Notes: generated by a model from the sequence alone, not told the origin. Numbered from the stretch's first letter, positions 23,540 through 37,946 are shown. The stretch: DNA of 64,000 nt from Macrostomum lignano (GCA_002269645.1 NIVC01000269.1:670687-734686), one strand, 5' to 3'. A program made the numbers and translations.

Positions 23540-26050
23540 TCGGTCGCAAAGGTGATCAGCTCGTCTATCTGCCTGGGGGTGGCCAACGTATTTGTGCCGC
23601 GCCTTATTGAAGTAAGGGCAGAAGGTGACGTGATGCCTCGTGGTCTCTCCTTCTATGCCACAGAAAGGACAGGTGGGAGGGCAACCGGTTTGCAACGAGA
23701 TATGTTTTTGGAAGAAGCCATGCCGGTTAGAATCATGTACATCTCCCCGAGGTCGGCTCTGTTAAGCGAGATCAGATAATCAGAGACTTTCCTGTTCAGG
23801 TTAGGCATTGCAGAGCGGGTCTGCATGTACTCTTCCAGTGGAGCTGGTGTTGCTGGTGGAGCCACCTGTTAAAATGGGGGTGATTTGCGAGCTAGGCATG
23901 GGTAGCCAGCACCGAGCTCGCTGTCATCATGATCAGACAGTGGTTTGCCATCTGGGTTGCTGCTCTCCTTTGCGGGAGAATCCGCGAGCTCGGTGCCCAG
24001 GATATTGCTGTCACCGTGTGTCCAGATGATTCTAATCCTGTTAAGACCTGTGAGAAACTGCACACTGCGGTGGCATTGAGATAGAGTTGCAGTGCAAATT
24101 TTAACGGTGATTATAGCCTTAATAGCGGCTTGGCTATCAGAGAAGTCCTGATGTTCGTCTAGAGCAGGTGCTGGGCCCATGACTCAGATTTCGGCTTGGA
24201 CGACCAAGCAAGGACGACTAAAGTAACATACAGTATAGGGCGCAAGACTCAACTTTCGTGGGAAATTCATTGAAGTCCTTGAGATCGAGGTGCTCTGACC
24301 GAGGTGCAGGTCCTTTCCTGAAAGAGCATCTTCCCTCGTGGAAGATGGCGATGCCCGCTCCAGCGCGTTCGTTAAACAGCGAGCCGTGAGTGAAACTGTG
24401 ATTGCTCTGGCTGCGTCGTTTCACACCGGTATTCAGCGGGGTGCTGTCTCGACCAAGGATGGCGGTCTGGAAGCTCCTCCTGACGTTGAAGGCACGGGAA
24501 CGGCTATCCACATCACTCGGGTCGATGTGGACGTTGATATGGTCGTGACGGACGAAACCCATATGTGGGATTAGAGTTTTTATCGGCATGAATCCATAGT
24601 GTGCATTATTTATAGTTTTACCACCGACAAGTCGTGATTCGGATTTCATAGACTCTGCCCTAATAAATAGATGGAACGGAGGTAAATTTCAGATGGTTTT
24701 CAAACCCTCGAAGAAGGTTGATTAGTACACACCTGCGGTGGCGCGGTAGATGCTGTGCTGCAGCTGGTAGAGGCGCTAACGAGCGATCTTGAGACTCTCA
24801 AGATTAGACTTTGGTTTTTAATGCTGGACCGGATGATACCGCTGTAAATCCAACTGACCGTTTTCGGGGAGAGGCCCTGGCCGGCCCGATGGCTCTGCGC
24901 ACTTGGGCATAGCAGCGCATCGCTCGACCGATGATATTGCCAGAGATGCTTCGTCCAGCGCAGGTCATGCTTTCCCATCAGACCGAGGTAGTTGACTTTC
25001 TTTTCAAAGGGGATATTTCTGCTAAATAAAAGGTGAGGTTTTGCATCTCCAACGCTGATTTTTAGGCCTTGCTGAGTGACCCAGCCCAGTATGCCACCTA
25101 GTTGCGACGTCGTCCACGTAGCCCGCCCACGTAGGAATGTCAGCGATTAGGAGTTCGTCCATGACGAGCTTCCACAGAAGTGGAGGGAGCACGCCGCCTT
25201 TCATCACCGCTTGGGTGCAGATAGCGCCCATAAGCCTGGAAGTCGCGAACCTGTTGCGGAGCAAAAATCGGTCCAGCGAAAAATACTGTCTCACATTCCA
25301 TCATGGAGTATATGAAATTGCCAAAGAGAAAACTTTCAAAGGCTCCCTTGATGTCGACGAACATTCTGTAAAAGATGTTACAGATGTTGCAGGTTTCAGC
25401 CTGCTAGGATGGCGCTCTCTGATATTAGAAGTAACAGCATAAAGCGAATGTTCAGTGGTCTTCCCCGGCTGGAAGACGTACTGATACTTACTCGCGAAGC
25501 AGCCACAGGATGAGCGCCTCCACCAGCTTAACGCAGTAAGAGGTGTGGCTTATAGAGCGGAAAGATTTCACATTGGTATAATCACCCATAGTAGGCTTCT
25601 GGATAAACACGACGCTGGACGTTCTCCAGGTACTCTCTAGTGGGGATGTAGCCTGTACTAGAAGTAAAACAGTCGATGAGCAACTTAGAAAATCAGAAAA
25701 ACTTTGCAGCTGAAGCGTCTCCTGAAGAATATGTGACGTTCTTAGTTGTAGGTTCCCAAAAGGATGGTGAACTCAACAATGGCGGAGTAGATTTGTAGCG
25801 GTAGCACTTGGCAATTCAGCGGCAAGATAAATAAGGGCTATAGCACGCGGAGGCGCTGGCGGCTGCAACAACGGGTTTGTATTTAATAGATTAAGTAGGA
25901 TGATGAGCAGATTGATGAAGGTGACGCAAATAGTAGAGCGATAGCGATGAGTAGACAGTGGTGGCAGCCTTCGGTGGCAAACTGGCAGACAGGAAAGTAG
26001 CGTAGCTCGTAGTAAGGGCCTAGCGAAAACGGCTAGCCCGTGGTGGCGTG

Positions 26051-26087
<37 letters not shown>

Positions 26088-26915
26088 AGGCGTAAACAAG
26101 CCTGGCCCAGACGGAGCGGGCCGTGGCGAGAGATAAGGAGGTAACAAACTGAGAGGAGCGGAAGGACAGAGGGCCGAGAGAAAGAGGAGGAGGAGAAGGA
26201 GGAGGAAGAGTGTAAACCCCCAGCCCGCCGCCAGGCGGGGTTAATAAAGGAGCGCAGGAGGGTTAGCATAATATATGCGCGGAGTTTCCATTGGCTGGCG
26301 GGGGAAAAGCAAAAACAGAAAGTATCGATCGCGCGAAGACCCTACAGGCGTACGCAAAGATTACAATGTACGCAATGATTAGCAATTGATACAGATTCGT
26401 TGGGCGCTACTACAAGTAAACGTGCGCATACAAGATTGGAGAATGTTAAATGAGGAATTTTAGTCCAACGGCCCTTTTGCGGGACCACTTTAAACTGACA
26501 ACGTCACAAATACATGTTTATGGGGCGATGTTGTTGGGGCCTGGCGATTTGAAAGGTTTAAACGAATTCGCCGCCAACTGAAGCAACCGGGGGCTGGCGC
26601 ACTGCTGAAAAAGTGCGCCGTCGTTGGATCTGTGGTCTTCGACCACATACTCCGGGTCTTCAACCTATGAAAAGCAGGTGGAGAATAATAGATTTAGCGA
26701 GCCTTCGGCACTGGTAGTATAGTTACCGTCCAGGTGCAGTCGGGAGTTGCACTGAGCGAACGTTTCGTGCCTGAGGGACCTGACCAACCGAGTCGTAGGG
26801 TGCCGCCCCTCAAGACTGGCGCAGTGGGCCTTGAAGGTGGTCTTCTTAGCCTTTCGGGTGCTACTTTTGTAGGTCCTTAGCACAGAATGGTAGTTCTCCA
26901 AGTCCTCTGGGATGC
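23540..26915 (-). mobile_element. Degraded R1/LOA-clade LINE (RT + RNase H + CCHC)
   Basis: Fragments in order: [111 protein letters not shown]. Many stops and frameshifts. Confidence 0.85.
25794..26414. mobile_element. Candidate solo LTR inserted in the LINE RT
   Basis: Begins TGTAG and ends CTACA, contains (GA)n, CCAAT/TATA-like and AATAAA motifs, and interrupts collinear LINE coding fragments. No clean TSD found. Confidence 0.4.
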
Positions 26916-29089
26916 TTGAACCGTTTGCTAGGCGATACAGCCGGCCTTTATACTGAAGAACTTTTATTTTTTATACTGAAGATACTGAAGAAAAATTTAT
27001 TATACTGTGTTCTTCGTGCGAGTGAACTCAGGACTCCACCAGGGAGAGTATTTTCTTCTAGAATTGGACCAATATTAAACACACAGACTATACAGGAAAG
27101 CAAGATGGACTGAGCAGGTGCAACACTGCCGCTTACTCGAACAATCGACTATAAATGATGAAGAATAACAATAGTTCGGAGTTCTGATATATCTGTCGTT
27201 CAGCCATTTGTAAGGCTGAGTGGAAAGAATTGCATTTCAAATATTAAATTAGCTAAGCATTTAAACTACATAGATTTTCCACTCTTTGGTTAGTTGTATT
27301 AGATCCTTGGGAGTTTGCGATCGATTTTAATTACCATAATCTAAGCTCGTTTAAGCTCAATATTTCCAGAAATTCCTAGACTGTTTTTTCTAGCTTATTA
27401 TGCCACAAATCTTTAAAAAATTGATAAGCCACTTCGCATTAACTCATAGTTGTGAGTTTTATGCCCTTCTGCTGCAGCTGTCTGGGAATGCACACTTTTC
27501 CTGGCTAAGTTAGAAACAACTTATATTTTTGTCTAACTTCCATGAAGACGCTATTTCGGTTATATAAAAAAATCTGTGCATCTGTGCATCTGCTGAACTG
27601 TTGCATGTGGCAGGGAGTTTACCAATCATTGCATCGGATACAACAGTTCAGCTGTAGGTCTTCGACTTCATAATCTCACTCAAGCCAGAGTATGAAACTG
27701 TACATCATCGTGGATGGCGTTTTCTGTATATAATTTAAACGTAAACCGTACTGCCAAAAATTGCCTAATTGTGTTTATGCATACAGTATGTTTCGTCTTC
27801 TATCAACCTCTAAACGCGAAGGTGACAAATATTAATAAGAAAAACAGTGTTTAAAATTGCCAACAAAAGTATCAATTAAGCATGCTCACTAGTGTTAAAC
27901 AAAAAAACATGACGATAGTACAATTCGGCCGCGTTTGGGACTTTTTTAACATTTATAAAACGCATTTGTTATGCAACGTTACACTGCATAAGCTGTTCAT
28001 GCGTGATATTTCTATTTTCATTCGTCTCGCTACGGACGTCTTTCTATACAACGACATTCTATGCAGCTGAGGTTTTTTTTCTTTTGCTTCCTGTGCTTTC
28101 TGATTTTTTACAACATAAGGCTATGAGCATTAGTGCGCGCTAAAACTCGGGTAGACCACATAAAACCATGAATACGGAAATAACAAGTAGTATAGCTACT
28201 TGGATAGCATTATTGCTATGGGAACGGAAGGCACTCAATTCTGGATACATGTGGCTACATGGAAAAGGAAGTCTCCAAACCGAGAAGTAGATACGTAGCT
28301 AGCTTAGATACCGCCTTTTTTTAGTGAAATTTTATTTTCTCATAAGACTATCAGCCATTTCCTGCTCAATTTACTCGTATTATACTATCCATGCAATGTA
28401 TCTCTCAAGCTGACAAAGATAAATACAATAGCAACATGCGTTTGGTCTATCAAGAGTAGTATGTGGAGTAAACAGTAGTGTTTTAAAGCTCCCAATTCAG
28501 GCAACGAATATTCTAGATTTCATATACATAAAGTTACCTGATAAAAATAACGTTGATTACTAATAGCCAACAGGTATAGCTCTCAATATCACACAGTTGT
28601 GTGGTAGCAACTCCCATCGTCTATTTCTACAGCAGCTCAATAAAGCTGCATCCCTTCAAATCAGGGGTGAGCGTTTATTGCGTGAAACATTATGCTGACT
28701 CCCTGACTCCTGAGCAAAATACAAGCGCGCTAATGCTGTACACAGGCACAGCACTCATGCACACGCTCACACAGGGTGCACAGCGGTCCTGACTTTCTAA
28801 TCGTCAAGCATGTACACTCTCTGTGCCTTTGAGGCTGGTGTCAGCATGGATTGAAACCACACGAAAACCCCCGCCGGCAAATTTCGTATCCGGGCCCAAA
28901 GTTGATGTGGCCGAACCAGAAGTCCCATGACAAGCTCTGGGTCCCTCCGCAGTCCAAATTACAGTGATTTTCGTGTTTATGGCGGAAATCACGTGCGCCC
29001 AGATCCGCGGCTTCTGTAAGGCAAATCCTTGAGTCAGTTGCTAAAAATAGCAACAGCATCACCCGATTTGGCGCAACGGGGAGTCTCGC

Positions 29090-29430
29090 GCGCAATGGTG
29101 TAATAGTTTCTGCCTATATATATGCGAACACTTAAGCTTTGTTTCCTCCAAGGAGTCAGTTTTCTCTGCTTTTTCTGTTTGCCCATTTCCCGATTTCTCC
29201 CAGTGTCTCAGTTTCTAACTTACCCGAAGTCCAAGTGTGCCTGACTCTAAAGTGTTACGAGCGTATTGTCATCTGAATCTCTATTGAGGAGATACCCGAA
29301 CCTAGCACCATCCTCCCATCCCCGCACTGAGCCCGACAGGACCTGCTGACCGAAACGCGGTTGATCGAGAACTGCTAAATCTGCATGAAGTGCTAGTCTA
29401 GCTCGTCCTGTTTATTTCGCTGCGGCGAGA
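29090..29430 (+). mobile_element. Possible Penelope-like pseudo-LTR remnant
   Basis: tatatata early, then ..cactgagcccgacaggacctgctgaccgaaacgcgg.. resembling a decayed hammerhead core, followed by gtgctagtctagctcgtcctgtttatt. Confidence 0.3.
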
Positions 29431-30734
29431 TCCTCACCTCACCGAAGGCTGAAACTCGAAGGAACTGTTGGCAGCACTACCTACGCTGCGACTAGAAGCT
29501 TCCGAGAGAATAGGCGCCCGCGATAAAGGCAGACCCGAAGGGCCTAAATCAAGAAGCTCAAACTCAAAGCCTACACAACATTGGTGGCAGCGGTGGGATT
29601 CCAAGACTTACAATACAGGCCACCTCGAGACAACCCCAAGCGCAAAGCAAATACTTCTCATAGGATAAAAAGCCATTGCACATTAAAACCGTCAACGAAG
29701 TGCTCGATTCGCTGATACTGTACAGTGAGTATCAAATCTGTGTCTCAACCTGTTTGAGCCAAAGATGCTCAAAGTGGAGTGCAGAGGCCTCACTTTATGG
29801 ACTTTCATCCTATTGGTAGAATTACGACTCCCGGTGCACCAATAAAATTCGACTGCTATTCATCCACTGAGGACTGCACCGATTTGTGTGCCATGATGCT
29901 GGAAGTCACCTGTCGCTTACTACACGTGTAATAAACAATATTGAGCTGAACAATAAAGATGAAGGAATATCATCTTCACAATAGCTAGCCTTTTCGTGAT
30001 GCTATTTTATTATAGCATTCATCCAAGGTCAGAGGCTGGGAAGAATCGATGCTACTTAATCACCTTCAATGACTATATCGGCTAATCATCCAGACACCGC
30101 GTTGGAGAGGGTGGCACCACTACGAAGCGAAGTATTGGCGAGCAGATTCACACAGCGTGAGACTGTGAGTGGGGATTGTTGGCCCCTCAGTTTTTAAACT
30201 TTTATCTTTTTGGCAGAATCGGCTAGTTAAGCCATTGATGAGTAATTAATGAGCTTACCAAAGCGGATGCTGCTGAAATCGAATGCAGCTTCAGCCCAGC
30301 ACATCATCTCTACGCTGATTTGGTTTTGCCAGTTCTATTCGACCAAGCGCAGTTGCATTACACAGAATGTCATTCAATGCTTTCGCTTTTTCTTTGCGAG
30401 AAAATTAACACATTGTGAAACCGTTTTGTGACGCATGGAATTTAGTCTTGCTGGACCAAAAAGGGGTCCAAAAAGTTCCTAAACCACCCAAAAGCTTTTG
30501 GCACACTGACTGGAGAAACTTTAGATATACTTTAGAATAAGCTAGACAACTGCAGCATTCTTAGAGAGCGCACATTTCCACTCCTGTAGAAGGTAGTTGA
30601 GAACCATACTGAAAGTATTTAAGCAGCGAGTTCAGAAGTAGTCCCGGATCGTGACCCTAAGAAGCAGTTGCCTCCAGACATTATTCAAAAGATTACACAT
30701 AGGATGAAGAAAATTTTACAAGAATACTAGAATA

Positions 30735-31862
30735 GACGTTCGAAAGGCGCTTGACTCGGTGTTGAGAGCCGCGCTTCCCTTTGTCCTTCGAGCCTACCGG
30801 GTAGCCCAGCAGCTAATCGACGCTGTCATGGCGCTGTATTGCGACACTCGAGCTGCTGTGGTGACGGCGGACGGCCTGTCTGACATGTTCGATGCTTCAT
30901 CAGGAGTTCTGCAGAGCGGCAAGCTGGCGCCGTTCCTCTTCGTGCTGCTGCTAGACTGGGTGCTTTGGACCGCACTTTCCTCGGCTGAAGACGGCTTCCT
31001 GCTGCGCACACGCATCGGTCGCCGCCACGTCGAAAAGCGCCTGAGCGTGCCTGGTTACGCCCTCCTGACCTCGTCCGTTGAAGGCGCCCAGCTCTAGATC
31101 GACAGGCTGGTCGAGGTGGCATCGAGCGTCGGTCTGGTTGTCAACACGCTGAAGATCGAGGTGCTGACTGTGCCGGCCGACATCCCAGCGGACCTGACGT
31201 GCCGCGGCGCATACAGGCAGACGAACAGGCTCGCACGCTGCCAGCGGTTCATTTACCTCGTCAGTCTGGTGCCTCACGTGGAGGAAGACCTTCGGCGGCG
31301 CAGAGAACTTGCCTAGGCGGCCTTCGGTTCAATCCGCGCCGTCGTCCAGTCCGAAGCGCTGCCCGACCGCCAGAGTGCTCGGCTGTGGCAGGGAGTGGTC
31401 GAAACCGTCCAGCGTAGCCGTCAGCGTCCACGTCCTGCCGAGACGTGGACGCTGACGGCTACGCTGGAGCGGCAGTTGGACTCGGCGCGCTCAGGGCTGC
31501 TCCGCGTGCGGCCTTTCGAGCTGACGAGAGCGTCGGGACCAAGGCCCTGTACGATCGGGCCAAGCTGCAGCGCCCGTCCATCATCCTTCGCCGGCGGCGA
31601 CTTCAACGGGCGGGTCACGTGATCCGGGCCGAGGGCTACTGCCGCCAACCTGTTCAGGAGGTTCTGCTGCTCAACTTGCAGGATCCGCTCAGGCGAGGTC
31701 AGGCCTAAACCCGTCGATACGTGGACTGCCTCCTACGCGACGCCAGGGCGCCCGACACTGCCAACGGGGCGGACTTCGTCTGGTCTCAGGCTTTGCGGCG
31801 CGTCATCTGACGCGCCCTGCTCTGTGACTTTGATTGCGGGGCTGCGTAATTTGTTGTTGTTT
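30735..31862 (+). mobile_element. 5'-truncated degraded RTE-clade LINE
   Basis: KALDSV, GVLQSGKLAPFLFVLLLDWVL, ETWTLT..LE.QLD, RAGHVIRAEGYCRQPVQEVLLL, and a (TTG)n tail at ~31850-31862. Confidence 0.85.
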
Positions 31863-32149
31863 AGAGTAGACAATTTCAGAGTTTCGGCTAATCAGGCGGT
31901 CAAAGAAATTAGAGCCTCAATCAGAATGCATCGCTACAGAAAGTATGAAAATCTGTGGCAAAAGTAGCGAAACTAGCTAAAGAACCTTGCCAGTTCTGGA
32001 TTGACATCAAGAAGATGACCGGTGAGGCCCACAAACCAATCTCGTACAATTATTTGAACTACTAAAGGGTCTTCTGCGGGAACAGTGGGTGCAACGCTTC
32101 CTTACTGATCAAATGCAGCAGCAGCCCCATCTAAATAAAAACTCCAAGG

Positions 32150-33650
32150 TTTATCAAGATATCAATGACAATGAGTCCCATGAGATGTTCCGCCCCATGA
32201 TAACATGATAAGGGCCATCTTTTATCGTCAGGATAGGCTGATCCCAACGATCCCGATAGGGAGGACACTGAGTCCGACATTCTTAACATCCTCGACTTGG
32301 ACGTCTCCATGGAGACCAAAAAACTCAGATCAGGTAGAGCTACTAGTCCTGATAAGACTTCAAACATTGTCCTGAAGCTTGGGTTGGGGTTAGCCCGGAC
32401 TCAGTTAAAGTTTTTGCCCGCATCGTTAATACCAGCTGTCTTCTAGCCTATTTTCCCAGTGCTTTGAAGAGAGCTGTAACTAAAATAATTCCCAAACCTA
32501 GGAAACCTGCAGGGGATATTATCAGTTACAGACCTATCAGCCTTACCTCGTGTATAGGCAAACTGTATGGAAAAAATAATCGCCAGAAACCTGCGAACAA
32601 TTATAGTAGAAAATAAAAGCATTATAAACGAAGACCAATGTGAGTACAGACGAGACCACTGTGCGCTTGACAAAATTGTTCGGCTCACAGGCGATGTTCT
32701 GAAAATGCTCCAAATTATGAACTAGCTACTCTATTCGCGTCTGCTTTGACGTCAAGGGAGCTTTCGACGGGGTCTGGCATAGCTATCTTAGAGGTTCCTC
32801 ACAACATGGTAAGGATCATGATTGCAGGGAGATTAAAATCCAGGTGGGTGTGCCGTTAGCGAGGGCTTTGATCTTGCTGCTGGCGTCTCCTCAAGGTTGG
32901 AGTGCTTTCGCCTCTTCTTTTCATAGTACATGTCAGCTCCATTCCCAGACTGCTGGACAACCAGGTTAATATTAGCCGATTTGCTGACTGGGCCAGCGCC
33001 AGAAAGTCCAGAATGTCTGCGAAGGGACTTAAAAGCTACTTTGGCACCTTGAAAAAATTGCTGGGCGACGTTGGCAGCACCATCAAAAGCAAGGCAGTTT
33101 CCTTCTTTAAGTTTAATGGCAACCACATCACGAAAAGCCTATCTTTACGTAAACTTTGTCAGGATGAAATTCAATACTACGACTCTGCGGCCTCCTAGGT
33201 GTCACTCTAGTAAGGAACTTAACTTTAAACCGCACTTTTCCAAGATTGCTGGCATCATGATGGCCAAGCTCAACGCCACGAGAAAGGATCGCTAGAAAAA
33301 CTAGGATCTCCCAACTCGCGCTCCGGCTCATCTACAGGTCTTAGATCGAAAGAAGTATGATCTATGGGGAGCTAGTTCTCATCAATGCTTCGGACACGCT
33401 CCTCCAAAAACTGCAGTTACTCCAAAATCTGGAGCTGAGGATCTCCCGTACCAGAATAAGCTAATTTCATGAAATCTCTGAAATTCCCAGGTTTAAAGAA
33501 AGAATAATATCACTTTAACTGAGGTCCATAACTTTGACCTCGATACCAAAACTTGAGTAGACCCGGTGATAGAGTCCCTGTGACCACCAAACTTAGACAA
33601 GCCATTGAAAACTACCTAAACTATTGAAAGTAACCTCGGGACGTTCCCGT
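32150..33650 (+). mobile_element. Degraded Jockey/I-like LINE RT fragment
   Basis: RATSPD, IIPKPRKP..SYRPISLTSCIGK, FDVKGAFDGVWH, LSPLLF, FAD. Many stops. Confidence 0.7.
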
Positions 33651-34080
33651 GGGTGCAGAGCTCCTCCCAACTTGCTAATTTAGTCTTGCCCACGGATACT
33701 ACACTCGTATATAAAATATTGTATATAGTATCCGTGGTTTTGCCTTAAATCATCTCAAATTTCGATGCTACTCGCTTATTTGTTTAATTGACTTATCTGG
33801 ATATTCTTTCCTAAACTGCACTGTACATTCTTTTTGCACCACCGACACTGAATTTGTTTTAGCTGTTATTTAGCTGTATTTAATCTTCGTCTGCCGAAAT
33901 TTAGGATTAGTAGAAAACTACTTATTCTAACCTGATCGTTAAAATATACATCAGCGTAAGAGTATGGCAAGGGCCAGGGGAGTCACCATGGATTTACGAC
34001 ACAGCCAATAATTCAACATGTACGTGTACATGACTAGATTTCTACATTTCCATTATTTTGAGAATCGTGTTGTCAGCGCT

Positions 34081-34190
34081 CATTTTGGCGCCGCAGTACT
34101 GATCATTTTAGCGCCACAGGCATTCATTTTGGCGCCGCAGGCACTCATTTTGGCGCAGCAGGCACTAATTTTGGCGCCGCAGGCACTCTA
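34081..34190. repeat. 21-bp minisatellite, ~5 copies
   Basis: cattttggcgccgcaggcact units. Confidence 0.9.
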
Positions 34191-36462
34191 TGTTAATTTT
34201 ATATCCCTACGTACAATATCGTACATGTAGTAGACGAGTTACGAGTTAGACAAGTCTGGCCAAGTCAGCAGGCCGAGCATTCTGTCGATGCTCAGTGCAC
34301 GGCATAGCTGTGATGCTGTGCAAAGAATCCGTCGACTGGAAAGATTGGTTTTATCACTTTTGGAAGGCATCAGCACATCCTTGTGTACGTCATCTGCAGC
34401 ATCGACGTCCACTGCAACCACAGACTTTGAGCCAATTGACTCCTGGGAGAGCTACATTCGCTTCATTTCATCACGGTAGATTCAAGGCAGCTCGGTAAGA
34501 GATTAGAATAAGTAATATTTAACCTTATTTTTAAGGCATGAGAGTATGAGAGTATATGAGAGACGAAGAAGTCTTTACAATCAGTCACTAATTCTTTCCC
34601 AAATATGAATAACGATTGTCAGTCGGTCGATAGCGCAGAGCTGGACAGTGAAAATTAATACTATTTTACTGAACAGAATGTTTTAACTACATGTACTATA
34701 ACTATAACTAAACAATTTTAGTCAGTTTTAGTTTTTTAACCAGTCTTAGTTTTAATTAGGTTTTGCATAGTTTTTTAATGCATTTATTACCTACTGCCTA
34801 ATGTGTTAAATTCTCTATCCAGTTTTTAAATACACATACGCTCTTACTAGCTGATGTGGGCAGGAGCCGCATGAATGCAATAGTGATAAATGTTTATAAC
34901 TATCTGATTTTTTGCGATAACAGAGAAAAAGCTGAGCGGCCTACTAAAAGTAGCAAAACTAGTGAGCGAAAACGCGGCGCGAGTCTTTTCTCAGTCCGCG
35001 ATCAGTCCCCATGTCGGTCTGAAATCAGAGGTTGTGGGACTCAGATAAAGCCGTACCGCTAAGATACTATGAGTCCTTCGGATTTTACTTTTTACACCTT
35101 TTCTACACATTTTTACACTTTATAGTTTGTACGTAGTATATAAAATTAACATAGATTCTTTCGGTAAAAGACGAAAGTAATGAAGGAGTAAAACCTGCCT
35201 CCTAAAAGTATTCCAAGAAACGTTACAGTTTCCCGTACTCAATTACGAAGTATAAGTTAAATTCTCGGCAATTTTTGTATGTAGTAAAATGAATTCAATC
35301 AACCTATCAACCTTTGAACATTATTCGCTACATATTTTCGATATTCAGTTCAAAAACACCGTTTGGGGCAGATTTTTCTGTAGCTTCCTACGATTTCTTT
35401 GCAATTGCGGAATTAATTAATTTTTAGATAAGCAACGAGTAGTTGCTAGACACTGGAAAGCTCCAAATTCTGGATAGCAATTAATTCGTGGCAAACGTGG
35501 CCACCAAAACTCAGCACTAAATTGCTTCATAAAATTGTCGTCGCACTATCAGCCCTTTACAGTTCTGTTAATGATGCCACACGTCACTCAAGCTTTGATA
35601 GCGCATGGGCGTTAAATCAGGCATAACTCGCATTGTTTTTATCGGGAAAAAGAAGGGTAGCTGTTTTTAAATCTAGCTAATGCAATTTTGTATCATCAGC
35701 ATCCACAATGCTGAAAATGTAAATTATCTTTAGTATTTTAGAAACATACGAGTACAAGAGTAAAAATCAATTTTATTTGGCTTATATCTAGCTAGAGTAT
35801 CTACTGCATATTAGCATGACAATTTTTACCATATGGAATTTCTATAAATCGTGCTATTGAAACCACTCAGGTTACTTTACTGATGTGGAAAAAAATTCCC
35901 AAGTTCTATTTACAGTTAGTATCGGAAAATGTATTTTTTCAAATCTGGAAATTTCAGAAAGAGAAAAATAATATTGCTTAAATTCAAACACTCGTACTAA
36001 CTCGAACCAATTTAGTTGTATAAAATCCTTGAAAAGCTACACAAATTGAAACGAACTATGGGTATTTTGTTGTACTTTATATTTGCAACTCAATTGTGCC
36101 TGGTTTCGTTTGGGCCACAAACGATTGCGTCGACGGAAATTGTGAAATAAGTAAATTTTTGCGCGCCTTTCAGGCATCGAAACAGGAATACAACAGATTG
36201 CTTATCTGCGAATAGTCTATGGTCAAGCTGCCCCCCATCTTTGGATAGCTATTCCCAACGGGTTATATTTGGATATACCCATTTGCAGATGAGCAATCTA
36301 TATATTCTTGTATCAATGCGTTTGCGAGGATATTTTTTATTCAATACAACAAAGCTGAATAAACGATTGCATAAATATACGAAAGCGGTAACGTGGGCAT
36401 AATGAAACGTGGACCAATTGTTCCGCAATAATCGATGAGTAGAGCTAGAATCGACAGTTCAT

Positions 36463-37600
36463 TCAGTCCTTCCGATGAATGGTAAATGTGCAGTTGGTGA
36501 ACGTGCAGGTAGAAAACTGAAATCCAGCAGGACCCGACTTCACTGCACCAACAAACGTGGAACCACTGCTTTGAACTTGCGACTGACGCTCTTCCACGAA
36601 GTTGAACCCTGACTGACTAGGCTGAACAGCATTCACTGGACTCTGCATGGCCTGACGCTGCTCCACGAGGCGAGACTCGGGCTGAATAGGCTGAGCAGCA
36701 TTCACTGGACTCTGCATGGCCTGACGCTGCTCCACGAGGCGAGACTCGGGCTGAATAGGCTGAGCAGCATTCACTGGACTCTGCATGGCCTGAGGCTGCT
36801 CCACGAGGCGAGACTCGGGCTGAATAGGCTGAGCAGCATTCATCGCACTCTGCACAGCCATTGACGCACGATAAAAACTTGCATCTCTTTGAACCCTTAG
36901 GTAGCCGCGCACACTCTTCTCAGACTTGTGTCCAGTCACGGCCATGATCTCGTTGACATTGTAGCCCAATGCATGTAGATCACAAACGCGTGACACACTG
37001 AAAAAGTATGGAAATATTAAGCAATAAGTTCAGTAACACGAGACCGCATGAATATAATATTATTAACAACATCGTGAAAAAATATCGGATCATTACCTGA
37101 CACAGTGGTTAGTGTACTGCCCATCCAAGCCAGCTTTCGCACTCAAATTCTTCATAAAGTTATTATAATAATAATTTTTGCCACGATTCACCAACGCTGA
37201 GAACCCCTGTCCCTTCAGTGGCTTCGGAAAGAGACTGTCATCCTGGGTTGTCATTGGAATACGGCCCAAATACCGCTGCAGAACTGCAACATCGTACAGA
37301 CGAACTTGCTTCATGTCAGAAGACTGTTCCGCTAAACTTTTCGTTCCAAACGTTTAGTCTATGGCCATCATTTGGCTTGCGCCAAGTGGAAAATGCTATG
37401 ACACAAATCCCTAGAATCGCTTAGTGAAAAATTCCCGTCTGGGAAGTTGTGTCCTAGCCGTTTTGAATTGGTTTTTGGACGAAAATAGACACAATTCCAC
37501 TATCGAGAGGTAACGCTTCACACACAACTGCCTTACCGCGTCTCGGCAGGCCTCGACGCTATGGCAGTTGTGTGTGAAGCGTGACCTCTCGATAATCATA
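36463..37600 (-). pseudogene. Crypton-like tyrosine recombinase (DUF3504-type) relic with an intron
   Basis: VAVLQRYLGRIP, GKN..NNFMKNLSAKAGLDGQYTNHCV, intron (GTAATG at ~37096 to tttcAG at ~36998), LHALGYNVNEIMAVTGHKSEKSVRGY, C-terminal FQFSTCTFTNCTF. Three 69-bp coding repeats (36661, 36730, 36799). The upstream part is frameshifted. Confidence 0.7.
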
Positions 37601-37946
37601 CATTGTCATAAGTCACCATAGACTAATTTCCTTTTACAGTTCTTTCTCGCAGTTAAGTTTCTCGCCCCAATCCTTTTCATCGTTAACTCATAAAATATAC
37701 TGCAATTCAAATCTAAGGTAGGTTGTAGTTTCACTACAAAACTCTGCAAAAGGTCGTTTTGGTAGTCATTCTTTTTACATTAAAATACATATACTAAAAC
37801 AATTTTAAAAGCAGCATTTAAGGGCGACGTATAGGTGCAGCCTTTGGCTCCATACCTCACTTAAAACGAAAAATTCAAAATTCAAATTTTTATTTGGGAA
37901 AGTCTATACGAGCGTATATCTATTAAAAATACCGGTAGCTGGTCTT

